64,000 bases of DNA from a virus. Of this stretch, positions 27,801 through 36,361 are shown piece by piece. Under the pieces are notes generated by a model. The model searched no databases and was not told the origin of the DNA. It saw only the letters and a program-made list of their open reading frames with translations. The first letter of the stretch is position 1; each line of letters starts with the position of its first letter. The position numbers and the translations under genes are program-made. The stretch lies in IMG/VR virus record IMGVR_UViG_3300004369_000009, positions 1-64,000 of that record. One strand, given 5' to 3'.

Positions 27801-30800
27801 TGAATCTAATCTGAACACCAAGACCAGCACCATCAGTGTTGGACGCGGCTACATCAAATGTAGAGTTGGGAGTATAAGATCCAGGAACAAAGTTGAGATT
27901 ACTTACGCTGTCAATGATACCGCCAGTTACAACGTCAGAGACTGTGTATGTCGCACGGGCGACCCCAGCTTCAGAGATTTGAACATTACCACCGACCATC
28001 GGGATGTTCTGGTATGTACCAACGGTATATCCAGAACCAGGATTAATGATATCAACTCTTTCAATATAGCTATTATCCTGAATTGAAGATTCACCAACCA
28101 GAACATCATCTGTAGTAAATTTAATCGACTGAACAGCATACTGGAAGGAAGCATCACCTCTAAGGAAGGTAAACGAGTTAGCGATGCCAGTATCAGCCAA
28201 GCGCTGTGGGTCAATAACACCAGCAACGATGTTAGAAGCATCAATGTTAGTGGAGGACAACTGAGTCCAGTTTTGAGCGTTACTAGCAGATGTATTAACA
28301 ACTCTGGTAATATCAACAATTCTCTTTCTGTTGTAGTTACCAGAAGTCAGAAGTGCTGTTTGAGCAACAACTGTATATTCATTTGCGTTGACAATGCTGT
28401 CAATAGCGTAGAATCCACTGGTCGAAGAACCAGAGGTGAACTCCAGGTATACAGTATCACCTTGGCTAAATCCGTGATTGGTTTCAGTAACTGTGATATC
28501 GAAGGTATCGTGGGTATAGACACCACTTACTACAGTTAGGTTTGCTTCGTCAAGAAGGAAGTCAATATCAGAGAGTTTGATATTGTTGGCAAGATCGACA
28601 GTAAGTCTGGCTTCAATTCTAGCAGCATTGCCCTGAGCAGTAGCAGTTGTACCGCCCGTAGGAGCGCCAGTGAAGGAAACTGTAGGTGGGGTGTAGTAAC
28701 CACTACCAGGATTAGTAATGGTGACAGATGCTACCTGACCATTAGTGATGGTACAAGTAGCAGTCGCTTGAGTACCACTGGGAGGAGCACCGATAGTAAT
28801 ACCAGGAGCTGTAGCGTATCCAGAACCAGGATCATCAATCAGAATGTCTCTTACAACACCACCTTCGTAGTTAGTGACGATTACCTGAGCAGTGGTCTGA
28901 GATCCAACAAGTAGAGAATTGTTGTTGAATACGTACTGACTGTTTGGAGTAAACGCAGCAAACATCGTATCAAGGTCATTCTCCAGAATGTAGGAGATGG
29001 CAGCACCCTCTGTACGGAGGACATGAGTACCAGTACCTTGAGATGTCAGGTTTCTTTCTGTACCTGACTGAGCATCAGAAAGTGATGTAGCAAGTTTGAT
29101 GTAGTCGGTGGTGTTAGCACCAACGGCATGTTGAATTACATAGTAGTTGGCACCATCAGCCAAGTTACCGATGTTAGAGGTGCCTTGGAAATATGTCAGG
29201 ATATCACCAGTATTCAAACCGTGAGATGGAATGGTGATGACGTTGTTGACAATATCGACGCTAGATGGAGCAACTTGGAAAGAAGTCGAAGTTGTTTCAA
29301 TAGCGATGTCACCAGCGCTGGCATCTTCAATCGCGAGACGCTCAGCGGTAGATGTAACCGATGTGATATTGAAAGGACGCAGAGCGGGGATCTGTTCAAT
29401 GTTGATCTTACCGCTAGTAGTCAACTGAACCAGAGCGCTAGGAACAGCGTTGGTTGAGTATGGTTGGTTCAGATAAGGACCAAGTTTATTGGTGATGTAG
29501 TCCTTAACAGCAGCCTGTGTAGGCAGCAAGGAGTCAGAAGCAAAAGCACCACCCAGTTCATCACTATCAGAGAAACCAGTAACGGTGATAGAGCCACCAA
29601 CGATCTTAATCGAAGACAGTTCGGAGATACTAACAGTACCAACGAAGCTGATACTACCAGTTCTGTTGAAGATAGTAACGAAGTCACCAACCTTAAAGTC
29701 ACCAAATTCATTAGTACCAGAGGTGTAGACCTGACCGTATGCTTCCTCAACGGCTTCGTTAGCAGGGATACCAACGCCACCGTTTTGAGGCAGAGCGTTG
29801 TAGGTATCACCAGCACCAACATATTCCCAGGTGTGGGAGGAGGAGTTACAGATCGAAGGTCTGTGGAGTCTGATGACAGCATTGTTCAGCAGATCCAGGT
29901 TACCATTCTGGAACGATACGTTTGTACCGTCAGAAGTTCTGATCAGATCGAGACCGAGACCATCGTTAGTAGTAATGTTAGCGGTGATCTGAGTACCAAT
30001 AGAACCCGACAGTTTCTCAGTGCCGAGAATAAAGTATTCCTTGGATGGATCGGTATTTGTAAATCCATCAAACTTGATGATATAATCTTCAACGGGGAAG
30101 TTGGTCATAGGACCACCAACCTCAATGATCTGACGACCAGTCTGAGCACCGTTATTATCTGTCTGGTTTCTGACCTGAGTTACAGTACCAACGTCAAACT
30201 CATAAGCCTCAGTACGGTAACCAGTTGCCTTCAGAGCACGAGTACCAAAGTTAGAAGCAGAGTTAGTCAGAGAAGCATAACCACCAGACTGTACGACAAC
30301 ACCGTCGCCACCAAAGATGACGAAGACCGACACCAACTGGGTGTAACCATCGTTCAGAATGTTATATCCAACACCGCCGTTGACCGAGATGATCGTAAAG
30401 GCGTTGGCAACCATTGACTTGCCCTGAGGTGGGAAAGTAGGACGCTCAATACCGTTACCATCGAGGAACACACCAGGACGGGGAACGTTTGGTTGAGCAA
30501 CCTTAGCACCATCAATTTCAGCACCAGACGCACCCAAGAACGAAATCAGCGATGCGTTCTGGATGTAAGGAGATGCCTCAATGACAGGAAGGTCAAGGTT
30601 ATCAGAGAGCATTGGAACTCTCTTAAGACCGCTATCATCTCTCAGCAAGGAGCTTGGCTCGGTAAGAGTTACGCCAGAGAGTGATGTGCCAGCAGTTGTA
30701 AGCGCATCATCCAGGATTGTATACAGACCTGTCAGGACGTTGATGGAAGCACCACACTCAGGTTGGTTGCTATCAACTGTAGTAGATGCGTTATGGAATG

Positions 30801-33800
30801 GAGCAATACCACTGAAATTGCCTTGAGGGAGTTGGTTGCGAATAGCAAGGATCGACATATCCTTCGCCTTTTCGTATACCTCACGAGTCTGAGGTACCTC
30901 ATTGGTAACATAATTGATGCTAGTACCCTGAAGGTATTTCTGTGCGGCTTCAATAGTCTTAGAGTTGCCGCCATAACGCATATCGTACATCCAAGAACGG
31001 AGTACGTGATATACGTCATCGATACACTGCTGATCTCCAACTGGATAGGTTCTGGTAACACCATTCAGGTTACCAGGGGAACCTGTGCTACCGATAGCAC
31101 CAGTAACAATAGCGGTCAGCGATGTGATAGCAGCTGCTGTATCAGAACAGCGGTTTACATAAGAAAGAGTTCTAGTAACCGTCGAGAGGCTATTTGTATC
31201 AACAGCAACCTCAACAATATTCATCAAAGCAGTAAATGCTGCGATGACATTAGCACAGATAGGTAGACCAGTATCTTGAGTAATGGTCAGATCTCTATAC
31301 TGAGTCAGGTTAGTGTATCCACCAACAGAAACAAGTTCATTTTGGAAACACTCAATCGCAATATCTCTGGCTTGACGGAATGCGTAGATGGAATGATTTT
31401 CTTCACCAGCAACATGAGCACCCGTTATATACAGTTCGGCAGCATCATAGGTGAAGTCATTACCACCCATCGCAGTGTTCCAAGAAGTTACTTCCAGGAC
31501 ATTGATGATGTCATCGATACATGCCTGGTTGCCAGTTGGAACAGAGAAAGCAGTAGGAGTTGTCTTGGTGACACCAGACAGGGTGTCATTCTGAATAGCA
31601 TCAGTGACGATGCCAAAGAGAGTATCAATAGTAGACTGTACGTTAGCACAATCAGCAGCACTATAAGCACCACCAGGAGCAGATTGATCGTGGGTAATTG
31701 TAGTATCAAATACCTGATCGAAATCATGGGTACCCAGTTTAGTATGGGTTCTGTTAGTGATGACCAGTTTGGCAATGTCTTTCGCATGGTTCATAATAGC
31801 GATAGACTTTGCTTCCTCACCATCAAGGTGAGGAGTACCAACATAAAGATTAGCAGCATCCCAAACTTGGTTGTTGCTACCATGCTGGACGTTAAAAGCA
31901 ATTGCTCTCAGAACATCAGCAACGTCATCAATACAATCTTGGGGATCACCTGTTGGTGTGGTCAGTGTTGGATCAGCAGCCAACTCAACTTCATATGCCT
32001 CAGCAGCAATGAAATCGACGTTAGCAATAATCAGATCGTGGGCATCCATGTGTCTGGAGTCCACAATCTCATAAGGAATATTCGCCATCATTCTACCGAC
32101 GGCGATTTCAGCAATAAATTGCTTATTCTTATAGATCAGATTACGAGCATCACCGAAGCGATCACCAACGCCAGACTGAGCAGAGTCTGGGCTAATAGTG
32201 AAGTCCTTAATCTGAGTTAGACCATGACTACCTTGAATAGTAATGGTCTCGTTACGCATTGCCTGAATGGCAAGATCTCTAGCTTGTTCAAAGACCTCTA
32301 CCGATTCATCTTCCTCACCTACAACGTGAGCACCTTGAACATAATACTTGGCAGCATCATACACCTGATCGTTACCACCATAGGCAAGGTTGTATGCCAT
32401 TGCTTCCAAGAAGTCAATAGCATCATCAATACATGCCTGGTTTCCAGTTGGAATGCTGAACGTTGGGTTATTGAGAAGCATACGAGCAACTGCTTCTTGA
32501 GCAATCAGTTGCTTGTTAGCCAAGATCATAGAAGTACCATCACCGTTTCTATCTACGGGAGGTACAGAGTTTGGTGTCTGCCAAGGAGCAGGTACAGTGA
32601 TAGTTACTGTGCCAGAATCTGTGCTAGCGGAAGACAGAATGATTGTGAAGGTTCTGTGATCAGCACAATCATCAACAATGTAAGCACCATCTTGAGTAGC
32701 ACCACTAAAGTTGAAAGCGTATGAGCTCTTAGCAAATACGCCATGACCCCTAGGAGCCACAACCGTCATTACATTGCCAACGCAAGTGTAAGAACCAGTT
32801 CTGGAAAAGCTTGTGTTAGTGCCAGCATTGTACTGAGACTTAACATAAGCATAGGATTCCTCAGCAATAAAGTTAAGGTTGTTGTTGATCGTCTCAGCAG
32901 CATCTCTCTGCTTAGCAGACTCTTGGATGCTAGCACCAAACTCTACCTTGTCGAACGCATAGGGAGAGTTCCTCAGCGACATCAAGGCATAGTTAGTAGC
33001 CGAGCAAACCTGCTGGTCACCACTAGGATCCAGAGCTGTAGCGATTCTTGAGCAAGAACCTCTCGTTACAAATTTCAGTGCGTAACCGTCAGCACGCTCA
33101 ATACGATGAGTAATGTACTTACGACCGTTGAAATCGCCAAGGTTATCAAATACCGTAACGTTACCACTTCTAGTAACACTGTCTACGGCTCTCAGGATAA
33201 AGTAAACTTCATTTGTAGAAGAATTATATCTAGCAACACCAGCACCCAAGTTAGATGGGCTGCCCAGATAAGCACCGAAGTCGGACTGGGTTTGAGCCAA
33301 CGTACCATCTTGATACGTCGCAATATGGAAAGACTTATTGATGTGACCAGTGTTTCCAGCATCGTCAAAGACCATGCGTACGCCAACGCCCTTACCACCC
33401 ACAGGACCCAAGGTCTTGAGGTTTGGCCAAAGAACGTTCATTACTGTTGGGTCCGTATTAGAAACGGTAACAGTAATTTGATTAGCAGTTTGAGTATAGG
33501 TAGCGCTAGCACCAGAACCAAAGCTCAGTGCGGTATATGGCATACCATAGATATGAACTTCCTGACCGACTTCATAGTCGTGCCCAACAAAGTTAATACC
33601 CTCAATAACTCTGGAAGCAGCAGTAACTTCCATGATGATGCCATTATACTCTTGCTGAGTGGCAACATCAGTAGTTACAAAAGCAATGTCAATAACGTTG
33701 AGTGCTTTTTCAAAGCGCTGATAACCAATACCTTCAGAAGTCAGAGGCAGAATTACTGGAGCATCTTCACCAGCAATGTTCTTATTAGTAGCATCTGCCT

Positions 33801-35775
33801 GAGTATTAGCCAGTTTGAAATGGTGACTGTCTACTCTATAGATAAAGATCAGGGAGTTCTCATTGAGACCACCAATACCACCTGCTTTAGAAGCACGATA
33901 ATAAACACCATTACCCGTAAAGAGACCATGGTTGGGGAAGTAAATGGTGTCGTCGTTAGTAGAAACCCTACATGTGAATAGGGTGTGCTCATCGCCACTA
34001 CCTTCATCACTTAGGTTTCTAATACCAGTTGTAGTCTGGAGACTTGTGGCATCCAGCCAAGTATCATACAACTCAATAGTATTCTCATTGATAACACGAA
34101 CAAAGTAAGTGGTGTTATCGTTCAGACCCTCAACGGCAGCGCCGCCTTCATTCTGAACTTTATAGATTACCTTGGCACCAGTATACAATCTGTGGAGTGG
34201 GATTGTAATTCTGTTGTCAGTAGTATCAATGACACTATTGAGATCTGTACCATCAAAGCGCAGAGTCTCAGTTTCGGAAGAGATAACGTGCTGATATCTC
34301 TGGTGCTTGATAACCTCAGTCTCAGGTCTCTGAGATTCACGGTCAGAAACGTCAAGGGAGTCAGATGGAGAAGCACCTGTCTTAACGATGTTGGCGTAGA
34401 TGTCAGCATAATACAGTTTTTCAGCCAACAGGAATGTTGACTGGTCATCGCTCATCAGTACCTGAATGGTACCAGAAGAATATGGAGAAGCAGTAGGACC
34501 AGTAAATACTACAGATTCAATGATACCTCTGGAGGAAGACGAACCACCTTCAACGGCATAACCTACAAGAAGTGTAGTGTTATCACCAGTGTGGTTCTCA
34601 AAGGTAATAGCAAAAATGTTACGACCTTGGTTCCCAAGACCAGGAGAGAATGAGAATGGCTCAAGGTCAGGTTCGTAGTAGAGACGCTGTTTGTCGTCAA
34701 ATACGTAAGCGTATTTCCAGGTCCAGTCTGGAGATCCAGTATTGTCAAGGTGATCTCTGAATACAACGCCTGCAGCATACGTCTCGTTGGACGCCTTGAT
34801 CATGTGGCGATCCTGGTTCAGAGGACGCAGAACAACACGACGGAGGTTGTCACCGATCAGTGAGCAGTTGAAAGGCAGAGAGATCGGGTTGTCTTCAACA
34901 TAGTCACCACCAGAACAGATGATGGACACATACTCAGGTACTTCAGTGTCCTGCTGGAGGGAGTAGGCAATCTGTGCTGCCTTCTTAATAGTACGAACTG
35001 GCTTAGCGGCGGAACGACCATCATTGTCGTCGTCACCGATACCAGGAACCGAAGATACGTATACACGACCGCCGTTATCGGCAGTAGCAACGTCATATAC
35101 GAACTTGGTTGTAGCAATTCTATTGTTCTGTGTCTGACGTGGAGGGTTGTCAGCAGTAGGATAGTAGATCGTACCGAAGTCATCTGCGGTAGGATCAGTT
35201 TCCTCAAAGTTGATCAGGTTAGGACCACGCAGATCCAGACCCTTGGTTACAAACTCGTTAGTAACATCCAGGTTTCTGATTTGCGCTGTATCAGAAATGA
35301 TGGATCGAGTAGTTCTGATCTGACCTTCAACGTCGAGGTCAAATTCGGGGTTGGTGTTGTTAATACCAACACGGATGTTTCCAGTAGGACCCTTGTTAAT
35401 AAAGACAGCATCATCTTCGTTGGCACCAATGCCAACGGTGAACGCCATGGAATCAGTGGCGTTAAGAACAAAAGATCTTACAAGACGATAAGAGCAAGAT
35501 GTAGCCGCCTCAATGAAATTCTGACCAGTGCCAAGAATGGTAAAGGTATCATCATCAATTACATTGATGAGATGTTGACCCTCTGGGATAGTTCTAAGAA
35601 GGGCGTCTTCGCCAAACTTAATGTAGACTCTATCCTGATCATTTAATCTATGAGCAATCGAAGTAACAGTGACGATACCATTAGCTCTACCATAAGTGGC
35701 GGAAGTCCAGGGACCCTGTGGGACTAGACCACTACCTTCAAGTCTCTGTTGTGAAGAATTAAGGCGTAAGCTCAT
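24874..35775 (-). CDS. Giant tail-fibre/structural protein (3633 aa)
   Basis: Pectin-lyase-like beta-helix halves (DDDNDGRS..KPVRTIKKA; SPYIQN...KSMVANAFT...GYTQLVSVF), four nested helical Cys-containing domains, GSGY beta repeats, (D/N)ADxLDG and VWHSxNDG fibre-shaft repeats, C-terminal GPITINSGVTIQVASGGAWVIL. Confidence 0.85.
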   Translation of the reverse strand: MSLRLNSSQQRLEGSGLVPQGPWTSATYGRANGIVTVTSIAHRLNDQDRVYIKFGEDALLRTIPEGQHLINVIDDDTFTILGTGQNFIEAATSCSYRLVRSFVLNATDSMAFTVGIGANEDDAVFINKGPTGNIRVGINNTNPEFDLDVEGQIRTTRSIISDTAQIRNLDVTNEFVTKGLDLRGPNLINFEETDPTADDFGTIYYPTADNPPRQTQNNRIATTKFVYDVATADNGGRVYVSSVPGIGDDDNDGRSAAKPVRTIKKAAQIAYSLQQDTEVPEYVSIICSGGDYVEDNPISLPFNCSLIGDNLRRVVLRPLNQDRHMIKASNETYAAGVVFRDHLDNTGSPDWTWKYAYVFDDKQRLYYEPDLEPFSFSPGLGNQGRNIFAITFENHTGDNTTLLVGYAVEGGSSSSRGIIESVVFTGPTASPYSSGTIQVLMSDDQSTFLLAEKLYYADIYANIVKTGASPSDSLDVSDRESQRPETEVIKHQRYQHVISSETETLRFDGTDLNSVIDTTDNRITIPLHRLYTGAKVIYKVQNEGGAAVEGLNDNTTYFVRVINENTIELYDTWLDATSLQTTTGIRNLSDEGSGDEHTLFTCRVSTNDDTIYFPNHGLFTGNGVYYRASKAGGIGGLNENSLIFIYRVDSHHFKLANTQADATNKNIAGEDAPVILPLTSEGIGYQRFEKALNVIDIAFVTTDVATQQEYNGIIMEVTAASRVIEGINFVGHDYEVGQEVHIYGMPYTALSFGSGASATYTQTANQITVTVSNTDPTVMNVLWPNLKTLGPVGGKGVGVRMVFDDAGNTGHINKSFHIATYQDGTLAQTQSDFGAYLGSPSNLGAGVARYNSSTNEVYFILRAVDSVTRSGNVTVFDNLGDFNGRKYITHRIERADGYALKFVTRGSCSRIATALDPSGDQQVCSATNYALMSLRNSPYAFDKVEFGASIQESAKQRDAAETINNNLNFIAEESYAYVKSQYNAGTNTSFSRTGSYTCVGNVMTVVAPRGHGVFAKSSYAFNFSGATQDGAYIVDDCADHRTFTIILSSASTDSGTVTITVPAPWQTPNSVPPVDRNGDGTSMILANKQLIAQEAVARMLLNNPTFSIPTGNQACIDDAIDFLEAMAYNLAYGGNDQVYDAAKYYVQGAHVVGEEDESVEVFEQARDLAIQAMRNETITIQGSHGLTQIKDFTISPDSAQSGVGDRFGDARNLIYKNKQFIAEIAVGRMMANIPYEIVDSRHMDAHDLIIANVDFIAAEAYEVELAADPTLTTPTGDPQDCIDDVADVLRAIAFNVQHGSNNQVWDAANLYVGTPHLDGEEAKSIAIMNHAKDIAKLVITNRTHTKLGTHDFDQVFDTTITHDQSAPGGAYSAADCANVQSTIDTLFGIVTDAIQNDTLSGVTKTTPTAFSVPTGNQACIDDIINVLEVTSWNTAMGGNDFTYDAAELYITGAHVAGEENHSIYAFRQARDIAIECFQNELVSVGGYTNLTQYRDLTITQDTGLPICANVIAAFTALMNIVEVAVDTNSLSTVTRTLSYVNRCSDTAAAITSLTAIVTGAIGSTGSPGNLNGVTRTYPVGDQQCIDDVYHVLRSWMYDMRYGGNSKTIEAAQKYLQGTSINYVTNEVPQTREVYEKAKDMSILAIRNQLPQGNFSGIAPFHNASTTVDSNQPECGASINVLTGLYTILDDALTTAGTSLSGVTLTEPSSLLRDDSGLKRVPMLSDNLDLPVIEASPYIQNASLISFLGASGAEIDGAKVAQPNVPRPGVFLDGNGIERPTFPPQGKSMVANAFTIISVNGGVGYNILNDGYTQLVSVFVIFGGDGVVVQSGGYASLTNSASNFGTRALKATGYRTEAYEFDVGTVTQVRNQTDNNGAQTGRQIIEVGGPMTNFPVEDYIIKFDGFTNTDPSKEYFILGTEKLSGSIGTQITANITTNDGLGLDLIRTSDGTNVSFQNGNLDLLNNAVIRLHRPSICNSSSHTWEYVGAGDTYNALPQNGGVGIPANEAVEEAYGQVYTSGTNEFGDFKVGDFVTIFNRTGSISFVGTVSISELSSIKIVGGSITVTGFSDSDELGGAFASDSLLPTQAAVKDYITNKLGPYLNQPYSTNAVPSALVQLTTSGKINIEQIPALRPFNITSVTSTAERLAIEDASAGDIAIETTSTSFQVAPSSVDIVNNVITIPSHGLNTGDILTYFQGTSNIGNLADGANYYVIQHAVGANTTDYIKLATSLSDAQSGTERNLTSQGTGTHVLRTEGAAISYILENDLDTMFAAFTPNSQYVFNNNSLLVGSQTTAQVIVTNYEGGVVRDILIDDPGSGYATAPGITIGAPPSGTQATATCTITNGQVASVTITNPGSGYYTPPTVSFTGAPTGGTTATAQGNAARIEARLTVDLANNIKLSDIDFLLDEANLTVVSGVYTHDTFDITVTETNHGFSQGDTVYLEFTSGSSTSGFYAIDSIVNANEYTVVAQTALLTSGNYNRKRIVDITRVVNTSASNAQNWTQLSSTNIDASNIVAGVIDPQRLADTGIANSFTFLRGDASFQYAVQSIKFTTDDVLVGESSIQDNSYIERVDIINPGSGYTVGTYQNIPMVGGNVQISEAGVARATYTVSDVVTGGIIDSVSNLNFVPGSYTPNSTFDVAASNTDGAGLGVQIRFITDSVGDIAVDIILDGGSGYSGGDTLEFDGPLFGGTVQQGVTLTVSTLTSSTIFGAISSVSVVTPGTGYNSNFTLTVPSELGQPAVAGSLTAVKGTLSRYYGNASIDLLKANNLTPTTLQAGGSVFGNYGIAKYRKPASEQALANQDLGGFVITTAGEVTIDQGPGSKLNADKLDGNEGSFYQNATNLVEGILDPQRLANTTYNISISGTADYANTLFCETTAPSSANASLVSAANVGTQLALRSNSVTGIPTDAGGTRAGIMTFRRSATGNSVAQVAFSATDNLYLRGNSDTGTVYGQWAKVWHSENDGAPDPNDPRRGTLPGPDADYLDGKQGLWFQSGYNINDQRTNGVIGDTALPELLGRNKYFADNLYLVASSETYELYIPDYFASTGTAPVGNLSNNGVYTIYSDEAAVNNIGTITVLANGITEVNDSTTGSVYTLVKGTINFVGAFSNKDIKVFGPNPGTKWTVTSSNLLTTGASQVFAISNTANGALLEIGRTNVVATPTIDFRSGALAADYDVRFEVSGGTAQDGQGVLELKTSSFTLNGNTVWHSGNDGASSQLDAHYVDGYIQSATNTANALVRRDASSNIFVSDITADQGIFANTGESILQLADGNGINLGKAGTNNLSIRGRQDTNSGYVQFGSDGKSLGFNGTHLSYGTIYFRNDRIGIGDSNPAQSLTSTGNAVFGTTSRSANTFVRALAGDSNQAGFEAYGNSQGTGYLYVGQDSVYGGGIAYNGDNSPASFGSEAGDDITFYRRDNGTDTRVMKYRYNDSTVHFFGQIRSRIATGTSPFNVDSTTVCSNLNADLLDGYQANNLPYLSSQVNTWINDAGGQPRFYFSNNSHTYIRTGNDFFFRNDSDQTFASWDEGGRCHFHEPGSDSIQSSYRVQVTGDNGLNINASEALSSGQKSTVLRAGGDKQYLDSYGIIKRNRNNIGESITINNGDSCGSFGPITINSGVTIQVASGGAWVIL
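24924..24931 (-). promoter_or_regulatory. T4-type late promoter TATAAATA for the adhesin genes
   Basis: Perfect consensus inside the 3' end of the giant fibre gene, about 60 nt upstream of ATG 24865. Confidence 0.7.
30700..32913 (-). repeat. Four nested phycobiliprotein-like helical repeats in the 3633-aa protein
   Basis: D(A/G)xxxIxxNxxxIAxxA/S (x4), CIDD...G(G/S)N (x4), terminal Cys helix (CANV, CANV, CSDT, CGAS); coordinates approximate. Confidence 0.75.
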
Positions 35776-35793
35776 CTAAGGATACTCCGAAAT

Positions 35794-36333
35794 TTATGCT
35801 GATGTTACATTTGTGATTTCAATCATCGCAAGCCATTTTACAGTAGAGGTATTAGTTACCGTCTCAACATCATAACTAAAGAAAGCTGCTGCCCCAATTT
35901 GGAAAGCAACAGGAGTGTAGTCCCAGGTTTCGATTCCAGGAAGGTGTTCGTGGATAACCGTTTTGTAACTACCCTGAAGGGTTGGAACTCCACTAGCATC
36001 AACAGTTACTACAGACTCGTCAATACCCGCAAGGATGTAGGTATTGTCGTTTGCTTCCTGTCCAAAAATTTTAGCCTTGATAAAGGCTACACTATTATGA
36101 CCAAGGGAAGGAGTATTGGTAGCAATATTTGTACTTCCGTCAAGGCTAAGACGAAGAACCGTATTCGCGGGGTCTGTAGTTCTTTTAGCAATGTACAAAT
36201 CATTTGAAGCATCGCTAAAATTATCACTAACCATGTGGATGGCTGAGATATTTTTAAGCTCGAATTCGGTGTTAAGCACCTCGGTCGAACCTACGGCAAA
36301 CCCCCCTACCGATGAAAAGTTCTTAATCGCCAT
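35794..36333 (-). CDS. Virion structural protein (179 aa)
   Basis: Beta-rich; begins MAIKNFSSVGGFAVG; behind a perfect late promoter between two giant structural genes. Confidence 0.75.
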   Translation of the reverse strand: MAIKNFSSVGGFAVGSTEVLNTEFELKNISAIHMVSDNFSDASNDLYIAKRTTDPANTVLRLSLDGSTNIATNTPSLGHNSVAFIKAKIFGQEANDNTYILAGIDESVVTVDASGVPTLQGSYKTVIHEHLPGIETWDYTPVAFQIGAAAFFSYDVETVTNTSTVKWLAMIEITNVTSA

Positions 36334-36353
36334 TTTTTTAGGTTACCTTTCGT

Positions 36354-36361
36354 TATTTATA
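36354..36361 (-). promoter_or_regulatory. T4-type late promoter TATAAATA
   Basis: Perfect consensus overlapping the upstream stop, about 20 nt before ATG 36333. Confidence 0.8.
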
